Assembly (NCBI GenBank): GCA_963729285.1
Contig: CAVSNL010000031.1
Location: forward strand, 12,475-76,474
Source: an uncultured Acidobacteriota bacterium
Lineage (GTDB): Bacteria > Acidobacteriota > Terriglobia > Acidiferrales > UBA7541
DNA: 64,000 bases
Direction: 5' to 3'
Translations under genes and position numbers: made by a program
Notes under the pieces: model-generated
What the model was told of the DNA's origin: nothing
The model's input: only the letters and a program-made list of their open reading frames with translations
The model's database searches: none
Part shown: piece by piece, positions 8,554 through 19,658 of the stretch
Layout: each line of letters begins with the position of its first letter
Numbering within the stretch: position 1 is the first letter of the stretch

Positions 8554-9201
8554 TCAGGGCCTTTGGGAATTCCATCTCTTAAACGCCTTCTGCATGGTTG
8601 GATTTGTGAAGAGTGCGAGACACACATCGTGCTCGACCGGTCCATCGACGATGCACTTCATGTCGGAGCGCTTTACAACCTCCGTCGCGGAAATTTCAAT
8701 TTGAGGGCCGAAGCGGGCCGCGTCTGCAATCGTCGCGCCGAACACCACGCGGTCGAGGCCAGCCCACAGGGCGCAGCCCATACACATCGGGCACGGCTCG
8801 CAGGTAGTGTAGAGCGTGTAACCCCTCAGCGAATACGAGTTGATCTTGTTGCATGCTAGCCGAATTGTGCGCACCTCGGCGTGGGCGCTGGGATCGTGCT
8901 CTGTTCCCACAGCGTTCGCGGCGCGCATCAGGCTCTCGCCCGTCTCGCTGTGGACAATCTCCGCGCCGTAAGGCACGGGGTTTGGCGTCTCCATGGTCAA
9001 CGCTGTCCACGCCGCCAGCTCGCCCATACGTTTCTCATCAAGGGCGGATTCCGCTCGGCTTTCGGCGGTTGTAGCCGGCTCCGGGGCGGCCACTACAAAC
9101 TGTGCTTCCCTGAGTATCGAGGTCGTGGCAACAAGTGAAACGGACCGAAGAAAGCAGCGGCGCGAGCTGACTGGCGGGATGGCAACCTCAGGATGGCGCA
9201 T
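8554..9201 (-). CDS. Zinc-dependent nucleoside/nucleobase deaminase (CDA fold) with twin-arginine-like signal
   Basis: HAE and CEPCPMC motifs. N-terminal SRRCFLR. RBS AAGGAG before ATG 9201. Confidence 0.85.
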   Translation of the reverse strand: MRHPEVAIPPVSSRRCFLRSVSLVATTSILREAQFVVAAPEPATTAESRAESALDEKRMGELAAWTALTMETPNPVPYGAEIVHSETGESLMRAANAVGTEHDPSAHAEVRTIRLACNKINSYSLRGYTLYTTCEPCPMCMGCALWAGLDRVVFGATIADAARFGPQIEISATEVVKRSDMKCIVDGPVEHDVCLALFTNPTMQKAFKRWNSQRP

Positions 9202-9424
9202 AAGGTACTCCTTCTGTGATCTCGTCCAACACGGAGGCACAATTTATATCACGCTGCCCAAATCGGTTGCGAAGTCCCAGTCGGTCGCCTTACCAGTAAC
9301 TTGGGTACCGGGACCCAGTCCGGTAACCGCTTAATCAGACCTAGCCGAGTTCGGCACTTGATGTGAACTGCCAACCGCCAGCTACGTTGACTTACCTCGG
9401 GTCGAAAACTAACATGGCCGCAGT

Positions 9425-11240
9425 ATGGCGGACTGCCAGTCACTGATCGGCCAGACCGTTTCCCACTACCGCATCGTGGAGAAGATCGGCGGCGGGGGTA
9501 TGGGCGTCGTTTACAAGGCCGAGGACATTAAGCTTGGTCGCAATGTGGCCTTGAAGTTTTTGCCCGACCAATTTTCCGGAAACCAGCAAGTACTTGAACG
9601 ATTCCAACGCGAGGCCAGAACAACCTCGGCGCTTAACCACCCGCATATTCTTACCGTGTACGAGGTCGGGGAAGACAAAGGAACACTGTTCATTGTCACG
9701 GAACTGGTGGAGGGCCACACTCTTCGAGATTTGCTTCACGGCGCGCTATCCTGCGACCAGGCGTTGGACTTCGGCAAACAGATTTTGGAAGCGCTGGGCT
9801 TGGCGACGCCGGCGCCAAGTGAGGAAGATTCCGGCGCTTCGCTTGCGGTGCTGCCATTCATCTTCCTGAGTGATGTAGAGGAAAAGGAATTGCTTTCTTT
9901 GGGATTTGCCGATGCTTTGATCACCACGCTCGGAAATCTGGAAGATCTAGTAGTTCCGCCGACAGCGGCGATCCTGAAGTATCCCGGCGGTAGCGACCCG
10001 GTCGCGGTCAGCCGTGCGATGCGAGTCCGCCACGTGTTGCAGGGAAGTATTCAGCGGATGGGTTCACATTGGCGGGTTTCCGTCCAACTATTTGACTCGC
10101 AGGTGCGGAAAATTGTTTTCGCTGAAAAATACGATTTCACGCTCCAAAGTATTTTCGAAATCCAGGATGAAATCAGCGAACGCGTAGCCGAGGCCTTGGC
10201 AAGAAAATTCCGGCGTAGCGCGCTAAAGGCGCGGGACCGTTACACCACCGATCCCGGGGCGTACAGCGAATTTCTCGAAGGGCTTCGCGAAAGCTATTCC
10301 GAAGACCTTGAATCTCTGAACAGAGCGATTGCCGCGCTAGACCGAGCCATAGTCGCAGATCCCAAATTCGCCCTCGCACACGCGACACTCTCCTATGTTT
10401 GTACAGGTAAGTATTTCGGCTTCGACCCGCGCCGCACGTGGATCGATAGAGCGGAATTCCATTGCCAGCAAGCGCTGGAGCTGGATCCAGATCTGCCCGA
10501 AGCCCATTTGGCGAAAGCTTATATTTTGTGGAGTCAGGCCACCAATTTCCGGCATGTCGAAGCGATCGCGGAAATACAGAGGGGATTGGCGCTCCAGCCC
10601 AATTTGGATCACGCGCACAACCGGCTGGGCTCGATCTGCGCGCACATCGGGCGGCTCAAAGAAGCACAGCGCGCTTATGAAAAGCGGCGATTGCTGAACC
10701 CGCGGAACCTCGCGAATCACAACATCGCACAGTCTTACCTTTGGGACGGTGACCTGGATCGTGCCGAACGGGAACTTGATGCTTGGGCGCGTGAAAGCCC
10801 CCAGAACAAGTATCTCCTGTGGTCTTCGGCCCCAGCCAGCATTGCTTCGAGGTGACTTGGAGTCTGCGAAAACCTATGTTGCTGCAGCGCTCCAGATTCT
10901 TCCTGATGAGCCGATGATGATTAGCCTGAATGGTGTGCTACTCGCCCTTCATCAGGATTCCCGAGCGGCTCTAGACTGTGTTCACCGGGCGTGCGAGTCT
11001 CCTCGTTCGTTCGGGCATACGCACCACACGCACTATCAAATCGCATGTACCTACGCCGTTCTGGGGCAGCCCGGCAAAGCCTTCGAATGGCTGGAACGAA
11101 CGATTGAAGGTGGTTTTGCGTGTTGGCCGATGTTTCAACGCGATCCCTGCCTAAAGACTCTGCATGATTCATCAGAGTTCCGCGCAACTATCACGCGCCT
11201 CGAACACGAATTCGGACAAGTCAAGATCGAACACATCTGA
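9425..11240 (+). pseudogene. Ser/Thr kinase-TolB-like-TPR protein with internal deletion of the kinase C-lobe and a frameshift near 10825
   Basis: IGGGGMGVVY, VALKFL and LNHPHI are present, then the sequence jumps to SLAVLPF with no HRD/DFG/APE. TPR tail continues in ORF 10749..11240. Confidence 0.75.
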
Positions 11241-11244
11241 ATCA

Positions 11245-11370
11245 TGGCCGGAAGTGGCCCTGCTTTTCCTGGTTCATGAATCGGTCTTAGCTCAGGCTAA
11301 CCTCCCGGACACGCCCGCCGCTTCGCAATTGTCTGCATGGCTAGCCGCCTTCAACACCGGAGACCGAACG
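11245..11370 (+). pseudogene. Short N-terminal remnant of a secreted protein (serine-hydrolase-like leader)
   Basis: VALLFL...AQANLPDTPAASQLSAWLAAFNTGDR, after which the frame loses protein-like character. Confidence 0.35.
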
Positions 11371-11512
11371 ATGCGCAAGAGACGGATCTATGGTGCCGTT
11401 GGAAGGCAGGGCAGTTGTTGCACACGATGGGGCGCGCCTTCGGCAAGCCACATAACTGCGGAAAAAATGGGGGCGATTCCAGGCTGCGGGTTTGAGGTGT
11501 CGCGGGTTTGAC

Positions 11513-11560
11513 GCCGGGCGGGGTCCTTCGAAGCTCAGGGTAAACAAGCCCCGCCCCTAC
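11513..11560. repeat. REP-like element, with a second copy at 28948-28994
   Basis: GCCGGGCGGGG-TCCTTCG..GCTCAGG..AACAA-GCCCCGCCCCTAC. Both copies lie at gene 3' boundaries. Confidence 0.8.
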
Positions 11561-11628
11561 GGGGACCTATCCGGTACCGAGTTGCTAGACCCAGTTTGAG
11601 ATGGCTACGGACCGGCGCGCCGGGTCAA

Positions 11629-14107
11629 TCATTCCGAGCGAAGGGCTTGTATGACGTCGACGCGTGCGGCGCGTGCGGCCGGGAGCATCGAAGCGACTAC
11701 CGCCGCGCCTAACAGCACAAACGCAGAAACGATCACGGGCAATGCGCCCGGCATTTTTAAGTCGCCGAAATAACTGCCTGCCACGCGCGCAACGACGAAC
11801 CCGAACGCCGCGCCCGCCAGAACGCCAACGGCGGCCATCACGACGCCTTCCGCCACAACACCTCTGAGGAGATTTTCCGGGGGTGACCCAAGCGCCAAAC
11901 GGATGCCGAATTCGCGTGTCCGCGCGCTGACAGAAAATGCCAGTACGCCCGCGACGCCAACGACGGCAATCAGCAACGCGACCCCTGCGAACACGCCAAA
12001 GACCAGGGAGTTCAAGCGGTCTGGCGCAAGCACTTTTGCGCGGATGTCTTCGAGAGTGGCGGCGTGCTCAACGGGTTCATCGGCGGACATCTGCCGGATA
12101 ATTTTGGTGACCGGCGCTACAAGCGAATAAGGATTTGCGGTGGTGTGGATGAAGAGGTGCCCGCCGAATAGTGGAGAGTCTGCAAAGGTGCCATAAATGG
12201 TGTTAATGGGCTGCGGAACGACATGCAGGTCATCGACGTCGGCGACGACGCCAATGATGCGGTGCGGCCCCTTGAATCGGGCCTTTTCGGCGTCGGTGCC
12301 GGGGAGGAATTCGAGCACGGGATCGGTCCAATAGACATGCTTGCCGACGGCATCGCCGGCAGGGAACATCCGGCGCGCAAGAGTCTCACTGACGATAGCT
12401 ACAGGCTCTCGATTCAGGTCATCGAGGTCGTTGAGGTCGCGGCCGTCAAGAATGGGCACGCCGAGCGCGGCGAAATATCCCGGAGAGATGGTGCGCCACA
12501 GAGCGCGAGGATCATCTTTGCCATGGGCGTGACCATCCGCGGAGAATTGGAGACCCACACCGACGGTATCGGCATCGCGCCACGGCGCAATGGTGCTGAA
12601 GGCAGTGGTAGAGACGCCAGGCAGCGCGTCGATACGGCGCATTGATTCTTTGTAGAAATCGACCACTTGTTGAGGCGTTTTCCCGTAGGAGAGGGCGGGA
12701 ACGTCAACGGTGAGGACGTGGCGCGTGTCGAGACCGGTTTGCGCCTGTTGCAGAGCGATTAGAGTGGTGACCAGCATGGTTGCGCCGGCCAGCAGAACGA
12801 AGGACGCGGCGATTTGCGTCACCGCGAAGATGCGCTGGCGGCGGCCGGTGCTGCCGGTGATGCGGACGCTGCCACTGGCCAAGTTCATGCCGTTAGCCGC
12901 GGTAGCGGAAGGGAGTCGCGGCACAAACGCCAAAATTACCGCCGCGACCACGGCCAGGGCCGCTCCGACCCAAAGCATGCTGGAATCAACCGTCAAATCC
13001 AGCGCGCGGACAGAGAAGCGCGAGGCGTATCGAGCCAGGATGGTGACCAATGGCTGCGCGCTCATGACGCCGATGTGCCGCGCCAGCACCGCAGAGGAGA
13101 AGGCTTTCAGCCAGCAACATGCGCCGCAACGCGCCGGTACTTGCGCCGAGCGCGGCGCGGATCGAGAGTTCGCCCTCGCGGCGAACCGTGCGCGCGAGAA
13201 TCAGGTTGGCAACGTTGGAGCAGGCGATGATGAAGACGAGGCCCGAGGCAGCGAGAAGGACGAGGAGAACCGTACGCGCGCCGGAAGTAATCTGGTCTCG
13301 GAGCATCCTGGCATCAATGCGGTAGCCGCCGTTATCGGGATACGCTTCGGGGTGGTCTTTCCGCATGGAGGCGTAGACGGTGGCTAACTCGGTGCGAGCC
13401 TGGTCGAGAGTGACGCCGGGAGCAAGCTTACCGAAGAGTTCGGTCATGCGATGGATGCGGCCGGTGACCATGGTGGCGGAAAGATGATGCGGGCTGGTAA
13501 CGATGTTGGCGATGATTTCTGTATCCGCGGGATAAGGGACAGAGGGTTCCAGGACGCCGATGACGGTGGCGGAACGATCGCCAATGCTGCTGAGGCGAAC
13601 TGTTTTGCCGATCACATCAGGATCTTTTTTGAAAACGGTAGACCAGAAGCGATACGTGAGCACGATGACGCCGGCGGCGTTGGGACCGTCGTCTTGAGGT
13701 CCGATGAGGCGGCCGAGAACAGGACGCAGACCCATGACTTCGAAGTAGCTGCCGCCGACGACGCCACCTTGAACTCCGCGAGGTTCACCGAGTCCGATCA
13801 TCGTAAAGCTCATCGTCGAGAAATCGCCGAACTCGCTCACGGAGTGGACGCTGGTTTCGATGTCCTTGATTTCGGGCACGGAGAACGTTGTGTTGTCTTC
13901 TCCCATGCTGGGGGCGCTCTGGCGGATGTACATGAGCCGGTTCTCGTCACGGTTGACGAGCGGCTTGAGCAGCACTCCCCGCACGAGCGTGAAGATGGCC
14001 GCGTTGGCCCCGATGCCAAGCGCCAGCGTGAGGATCACAATGGTCGCAAGCCCTTTGCTGCGCATCAGCGAGTGGAACGCAACTCTTAGATCGCGGAAAA
14101 ATGACAT
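11629..14107 (-). CDS. ADOP-family (duplicated MacB/FtsX) ABC permease, frameshifted near 13090
   Basis: TLALGIGANAAIF, IACSNVANL, RTREFGIRLALG and PAARAARVDVIQALRSE, split across ORFs 12986..14257 and 11629..13089. Confidence 0.9.
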
Positions 14108-14311
14108 GTTTGTTGTCCCTTCGGAGTTTATCGGCACCATGCGTGCCAATAGGATGACCCACATTGTAAATGACTTACCATGGGCTGCCTCGTAGGGTAT
14201 GGTCGTTTTTGGGTAGCCAATGTCCCAAATTCGGACATCGACTCGGTAACGCCCCACTAAATCGAGAGGTCAGGAGCGCCAATGTTTGCGCGCCTGGGCG
14301 CACGCTCGATT

Positions 14312-14761
14312 TCATTTTCCCACTGCGATTAAGTACACGAAGAGCACGAAGGCGGCTAGGCCGACTACCGTGCGGACGGCGTGGAGATAACCCCAGCGCA
14401 TCAGAAGCGCGCGGGCACGGTTGGAGCTTCGGTCCAACGACGCGTCGAGAAGTTGTTTGTTGGTGGGCAGGATGACGAGCAGGGTGTAGGGAACGATCGA
14501 AACGAACAAGGCCGCACCTGCCAGCCAGGCTACGCTGCCGCCTCGAACCCAGACCAGCGCAGCTAGCAATGAGCCGACGACGTCCAGCAAAGCTTGCATA
14601 ATCGCCGCACGGCGATAGCTGGGGCCGAATTGGGTAGCGGCGAGTTGCGTTCCACACTCCATGCGGGCCGGATGTTCAACGAGCGTGACGTAGAGGGCCG
14701 CGCCGGAAAAAATGCCGCAGCAAGTCACCGCAAGTATTTTCGCGAGGGATTGGAGATCGAT
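14312..14761 (-). CDS. DUF1772/anthrone-oxygenase-like membrane protein (start uncertain)
   Basis: GIFSGAALYVTLVEHPAR...PTNKQL...RWGYLHAVRT, with four hydrophobic segments. Confidence 0.8.
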   Translation of the reverse strand: MDLQSLAKILAVTCCGIFSGAALYVTLVEHPARMECGTQLAATQFGPSYRRAAIMQALLDVVGSLLAALVWVRGGSVAWLAGAALFVSIVPYTLLVILPTNKQLLDASLDRSSNRARALLMRWGYLHAVRTVVGLAAFVLFVYLIAVGK

Positions 14762-14772
14762 TGCATTAGCAT

Positions 14773-16446
14773 TTAGTTGTTCCTTGCTGCATACATTGCG
14801 TCGATTTCTTTGGCGAAGCGGGAGTTTATGGCGGCGCGGCGAAGTTTGCCCATGGCGGTGAGGAGGCCGTTGTCTGGCGTTAGCGTTTCGATGAGGAGGG
14901 TGAAGTTGCGGATTTGGCGGTAGTGGGGGAGATCGGGATTGATGGCGTCTATGGCGGATTGTGCTGTGGCGGGGTCGATTGGTCCGGTGATCAGGGCGCA
15001 GAGGTAGCCGCGGGCGTTCCCTACGATGACGATGTGCTGGGCGGCGGGGAGGAGCTGGGCTAGTTTGTCTTCGATGGGCTCCGGTGGGATTTTGTGGCCG
15101 GAATTCAGGATGATTAGATTTTTTACGCGGCCGATGATGCGCCAGTTGCCGTGAGCGTTTTTTTCGCCTTGGTCGCCGGTGTGGAACCAGCCGTCTTGCA
15201 AGACCTTGGCGGTTTCTTCTTCGTGATTCCAATAGCCTGGGAAAACGTTGGGGCCGCGGACTACGATCTCTTCGTTTTCGGCGATTTTCATTTCGATGCC
15301 GTTGATGGTGGGACCTACGTGGCCGGTGTCTACGGTGCCGTTGGGATCGTCCATGGTGCAGATGCCGGTGGTTTCGGTGAGTCCATAGACCTGTAGAACC
15401 GGGACGCCCAGCATGGCGAAGAAATTTTGCGTTTCGGGAGCTAGTGGGGCGGAGCCACAGATGAGGGCGCGGAGATTGGGGCCGAAGCGCTCTTTAATTT
15501 TGGTGAAGATGAGTTTGCGGCCCAGGGCGAGCCATAGCTTGTCGAACACTTGCGGAGTCTTGGTGAGATCACGCTGTGCGGCATCGCCGGCCTTTGCGTA
15601 GAGCGAGCGAATTGGAGACGGGCGCTTAGCGATCGCCTCGTCGACGCCGCGGCGGACGCGCTCGAGGAGCGTGGGCACGTTCAGGAAATAGTGCGGGGCG
15701 GAGAGGCGAATCTCGTCGGCAAGTTTGTTGAGGTCGGTGGAGAGAGTGACGACGCTTTCGCGCGAGAGGAACGAGAGGGTGGCAATCCAGGACGCGGCGA
15801 AGTTAAGCGGAAGATAGTGGAAGACGCTGTCGGGGCCTTGCGAGCCGCGCATGAGCTGGTCGAGGCGTTCGGTCGTGCGTTGCAGCATGAAGGAGATGTT
15901 GGCGGTGGTGAGGCAGACGCCTTTCGGTTCGCCGGACGTGCCGGAGGTGTAGACGATGGTGACGAGGTCGGCGTCTTGGCGGGGATTAGGGGCCACGAGC
16001 GTTGCATGTGCGGATGCGCTCGTGGGAGGCAGCAGTTCGTCGAATAAGACTTGTTTGGGGACGGCAAAAGAATCGCCGGGCCAATTTTTTGTGATGGCAG
16101 CGCCTAGCGACGCATCGCCTACGACGAGTAATTGCGGCTGGCAGTCTTGCATCACGGCGGCTAATTCGGCGGGAGCCTGGCGCGAGTAGAGCGGGACGAC
16201 GATCAGGCCTTCGGCCATCAGGGCCAGGTCGATGGCGATCCAGCGGACGGAGTTGGAAGCGAGCAGGGCGGAGCGATCGTTAGGCTTGAGGTTGTGGCGG
16301 CGGAGGGCTTCGCGGGCCTGTTGGATTTGAGCGAGGAGTTGGCCGCCGGTTACGTTTGTGAATTGATCGCCGTGGATTTCGCGGAGGATGGTGCGGGCGG
16401 AGTTGCGGTGAAGTTGTGCGAAGAGGTTTTCGAGGAAGTTGGGCAT
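14773..16446 (-). CDS. Long-chain fatty-acid-CoA ligase (AMP-dependent synthetase)
   Basis: YTSGTSGEPKG, YGLTET, GWFHTGD, GRVKNL and terminal GKLRR motifs. Confidence 0.92.
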   Translation of the reverse strand: MPNFLENLFAQLHRNSARTILREIHGDQFTNVTGGQLLAQIQQAREALRRHNLKPNDRSALLASNSVRWIAIDLALMAEGLIVVPLYSRQAPAELAAVMQDCQPQLLVVGDASLGAAITKNWPGDSFAVPKQVLFDELLPPTSASAHATLVAPNPRQDADLVTIVYTSGTSGEPKGVCLTTANISFMLQRTTERLDQLMRGSQGPDSVFHYLPLNFAASWIATLSFLSRESVVTLSTDLNKLADEIRLSAPHYFLNVPTLLERVRRGVDEAIAKRPSPIRSLYAKAGDAAQRDLTKTPQVFDKLWLALGRKLIFTKIKERFGPNLRALICGSAPLAPETQNFFAMLGVPVLQVYGLTETTGICTMDDPNGTVDTGHVGPTINGIEMKIAENEEIVVRGPNVFPGYWNHEEETAKVLQDGWFHTGDQGEKNAHGNWRIIGRVKNLIILNSGHKIPPEPIEDKLAQLLPAAQHIVIVGNARGYLCALITGPIDPATAQSAIDAINPDLPHYRQIRNFTLLIETLTPDNGLLTAMGKLRRAAINSRFAKEIDAMYAARNN

Positions 16447-16586
16447 GGAGTTTGGCGAGTTGAGCGACGGGTATTATGAATTGTGGTGGTGGGGCAATGC
16501 AATTGGAGGGGGAGGTGGGTAGTGGATCAGTTTTTCCGATTATACATGCGGGGCACTTGACATGGTGAATGATCCCGCAAAGCAAA

Positions 16587-17375
16587 TTATGAAGGACTTA
16601 CGCCGATTTTCGATCGAGGGTCAAGTGACTTGTGAGCGGTTTGAATGATTCGGTTTATTTCAGCTTGAGTAATCCCCCGACTAGACAGGCCCGTATTCTG
16701 TTCAATGTTGATTTCAAAATGCACATCGTTTCCGAACAATTCCAAGCACATCTTCTTGGGATGACGCACCGGGTCTCCCAACTGAAATCCTTTAAAGTTG
16801 CTTGACCGAATGTTGTAGATGGCCCAATCCGTAGTTGCTGGCATTATGGCCTTAATGACAATCACCGAAGACAGCCCCGCTGCGCGGTTAGTAGGAGTGA
16901 GTAAATTTATCTGGCTGGGAGTGGTTTCAAAAATCGCTTTGTGCAGTGCATAGTCTGAGCGAAGAACGTCTGGCCCGTAGATCACCTTGAACAGTTCGGG
17001 GTCTGGAGTCTTGCTCTTAGTCATCGAAGCTATGAATCCGTCTGCCGGCTCGATACAGAGGATCATTGAGTTTCCAGAACGGAAGAAAACAAATGCCCAA
17101 GTCCCAACCACTCGTGATTTCTGTTCGTCCATATCGTTCCAGGGAACTTCAAACTCAATTCCGTTGAATGAGATTCTTTTACCCTTTACCTCAGAAACGG
17201 ATAGGTCGTTCAGTTCGACGGGAACACTCTTTACGATGGGAATTTGTCGTCCAATTTGCCGAGCGATCAAAGCAAAAAATGTTTGCGTTCCGAAGAACCA
17301 AAGATAGACAACGCATAGACCGGCGAATGCACAGACCCAGAGCAATCTGCGTTTCCATTTTGACTCGGAAGCCAT
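16587..17375 (-). CDS. Hypothetical membrane-anchored protein, lower GC than flanks
   Basis: 262-aa ORF with N-terminal TM helix after KWKRR. No recognisable motif. Confidence 0.7.
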   Translation of the reverse strand: MASESKWKRRLLWVCAFAGLCVVYLWFFGTQTFFALIARQIGRQIPIVKSVPVELNDLSVSEVKGKRISFNGIEFEVPWNDMDEQKSRVVGTWAFVFFRSGNSMILCIEPADGFIASMTKSKTPDPELFKVIYGPDVLRSDYALHKAIFETTPSQINLLTPTNRAAGLSSVIVIKAIMPATTDWAIYNIRSSNFKGFQLGDPVRHPKKMCLELFGNDVHFEINIEQNTGLSSRGITQAEINRIIQTAHKSLDPRSKIGVSPS

Positions 17376-17510
17376 CTACCAACGATGATGGCGGTATTTG
17401 GTGTCGTAGGGAACCGGTCGACGGTTCAGGTGTTTCTGGGATGGAACTGATACTCCAGGTTCTGATAAACGCGGTATCAACCGGAGAAGTCCTATAAAAG
17501 GAAATGTCAA

Positions 17511-17957
17511 GAGACATATCTCTCCGTTGGCTCGGTGCCAACACTTTTTTGTTTCGGCATTCAGCCCAATCGTTTGAACATGCACGCGCGATCGACGAGT
17601 GGTCTTCATCAGGAAGCCGTTGCTTCGTTTCGTAGTATGAATCGGTGAGAGTGTTCTTCCCGCCTGTGGTTCCATTTCATTGTCGTGACGGCGCCATCCG
17701 TTTCTTGAAACTAAACAAGCGTAACGGTTATCCGCCCAGCTAAGCGGTAACTCATGGTCCTATTGGAGACTCGTGGCCTATGACTTTCTTTGGTTATCCA
17801 AGGGGGCATAGGGTGGAATCGGAGACTCTCGTGTTGGAACAACATGGTGGCCTGATTTCTCCGGTGGATACTCTCCCTCGAACCAAGCGTCTCAAGAACC
17901 CGACGGCCACCGCCAAGGATGATCCCCAGGATGGAACGGACTCTCTGTCAGAGGCGC
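17511..17957 (-). ncRNA. Candidate seekRNA/bridge RNA in the IS110 3' non-coding region
   Basis: ~450 nt without a credible ORF between the transposase stop and the predicted right end. Position matches where IS1111-type elements encode guide RNA. Structure not verified. Confidence 0.5.
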
Positions 17958-19022
17958 TCAAGCTGCTTGTTTTAAATAGTTGGCGTCGAAACTGACTCCT
18001 TTCTTCCAGACGATCAGAGTGATCGCGGCAATCTTCCGCGCCAAGGTGAGACGAGCCATCGTTGGTCGCATCCCTTTGCCGAGCAAGTTCTGGTAAAAAT
18101 CGCGGAGCGGTCCAGCGCAGGTGCTCGCCCTCATGGCCGCACCCTTGAAGACATCCTTGAGATCGTGGTTATGGTTCGCATTTAGCCCACGAAGTTGCGG
18201 TGGTTTCTTGGAACGTTGCAGCTGTCCCTGGATAGAGCGGTATTGCGCGCTGTCGTGAGTCTCCAACGCAAGCCCGCTGTAGGTCCACAGTTGGCGCTTG
18301 GTGCGGAAGCGGTGGGGCGTCTGCATCAACGCCACCAAGTGAGCCGCCCGAAGCGAACCAATACCAGGAATTTGGCGTAGCAACTTCGTTGCGCGGTGCT
18401 TCCTAGCCTCGGCCAGCAGCTCTTTCCGGGCTTGTTGGCGCAAAAAACGCAGGGCGTCGAGTTGTTGGTAGTAAAGCTCGGCCCGCCGGCGCACGCCAGG
18501 TTCCGTGATCTTGCTCAACCATTCCGAGCGGTAACGCGGTGCGTAGACTTGCGTCCCGGCACAGGGAATAGCCCAGCTTCGATACAAGGCCTTGAGCCGA
18601 TTCATCACCCGCACCAGATCCTTGCTAATCGTCAAATAGCTTCGGGACAATTCCTTCAACATGCGCAGGCCGTTCTCTCCATGGTAGACCGCGGAAAGCG
18701 CTCCATTGCGCAGCAGTTCGGCCAATTTCTTGGCATCGATGCGGTCACTCTTGCTGCCTTCTTTCAGCAAGGCATTCTTTCGGGGATTACACACTACGAG
18801 CTCGGTGACGTGTGGCTTCAACAGGTCATACAACCAGGCCGCCCAAGTGCCTTCTTCAAAGGTGACCTGCAGGTTGCCGCTTAGTCCTTGGAAAAACTGG
18901 AGAATCGTGCTGGCCTTGGTTTCGATGATGCATTCCATCACCAGCTTGCCGGAGGAATTTAAGACCGCGATGGAGATCGCTTCCTTGTGAACATCCATGC
19001 CGATATACTTCACACTATCCAT
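17958..19022 (-). CDS. IS110-family RNA-guided recombinase/transposase
   Basis: YIGMDVHK, FEEG and KSDRIDA (DEDD). IPGIG, RF and YSGL...DS Tnp20 motifs. ARKIA C-terminus. Confidence 0.95.
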   Translation of the reverse strand: MDSVKYIGMDVHKEAISIAVLNSSGKLVMECIIETKASTILQFFQGLSGNLQVTFEEGTWAAWLYDLLKPHVTELVVCNPRKNALLKEGSKSDRIDAKKLAELLRNGALSAVYHGENGLRMLKELSRSYLTISKDLVRVMNRLKALYRSWAIPCAGTQVYAPRYRSEWLSKITEPGVRRRAELYYQQLDALRFLRQQARKELLAEARKHRATKLLRQIPGIGSLRAAHLVALMQTPHRFRTKRQLWTYSGLALETHDSAQYRSIQGQLQRSKKPPQLRGLNANHNHDLKDVFKGAAMRASTCAGPLRDFYQNLLGKGMRPTMARLTLARKIAAITLIVWKKGVSFDANYLKQAA

Positions 19023-19274
19023 AGACAGGGTGCTCCTTTCTGGAGAGGTTCGAGCGGACACTCAAAACCCTACTCCAAAAGGGGCGCCCTTTTACAATGT
19101 GTGGAAATCGGGAGTTTGTTAGTCCAGCTGCCTGACAGTGACCGGACTATCTGCCAATTTCGGAGCATGCTGGGAGAGTAGGGCGCGGCGCACCAAGGCG
19201 GCCCTATGGATCCGGCTATGGCGGACGAGATCGAGGCTTCCATGGGTGGCGACTTCTTGTAGCGCGGGTCGAGA

Positions 19275-19523
19275 GTGGGGCACCCGGCCGCCACAGCATA
19301 CAAGATGACGGCAACCGGGTCTTTAGCTTAGGGCACGAGTAAGAGAAAGAGAAACGGTGTGACGTGGGAGCGGGGCAGGTGCGCAATCGAAGAGAGATTC
19401 CTCCACTACGCAGACCGACGCGTTCGCAGGAAGCGAACGCGGAAGGAAGAAGTTGGTCTGCTCGGGTCGGAATGACGGTGCGGGCAGAGTTTGATGTTAC
19501 GGGGTGCGGTTGCTCCGGTCGGA
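19275..19523. repeat. Direct repeat copy 1 (~240 bp) with nested hairpin REP (GAGATTCCTC...GGAATGAC)
   Basis: Highly similar to 20398-20640. Contains the CGCGTTCGC-AGGAA-GCGAACGCG hairpin. Confidence 0.9.
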
Positions 19524-19658
19524 TCGAGGGTGGCGGGTTGCGTCTAAACCCGCACCCTCGAAGGTCGCGAGGGTGCGGCACCCGCAATGCGACCTAACAA
19601 GCAGGTGAAATTGCTTCCGGGTTGCGCGTTGATCAGGGCGCGACGGAAGCGTGACAGC

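Larger units (their letters stand above)
17489..19102 (-). mobile_element. IS110-family element with IS1111-like layout (short 5' end, long 3' non-coding region)
   Basis: DEDD transposase. Imperfect subterminal IR TGTAAAAGG versus TATAAAAGG at ~19090 and ~17495. Outward TTGACA at 17505-17510. Boundaries approximate. Confidence 0.75.

Noticed and set aside
17191-17675. Small minus-strand ORFs downstream of the IS110 transposase
   Set aside because: No motifs or RBS, and they straddle the predicted element end, so they are better read as non-coding.
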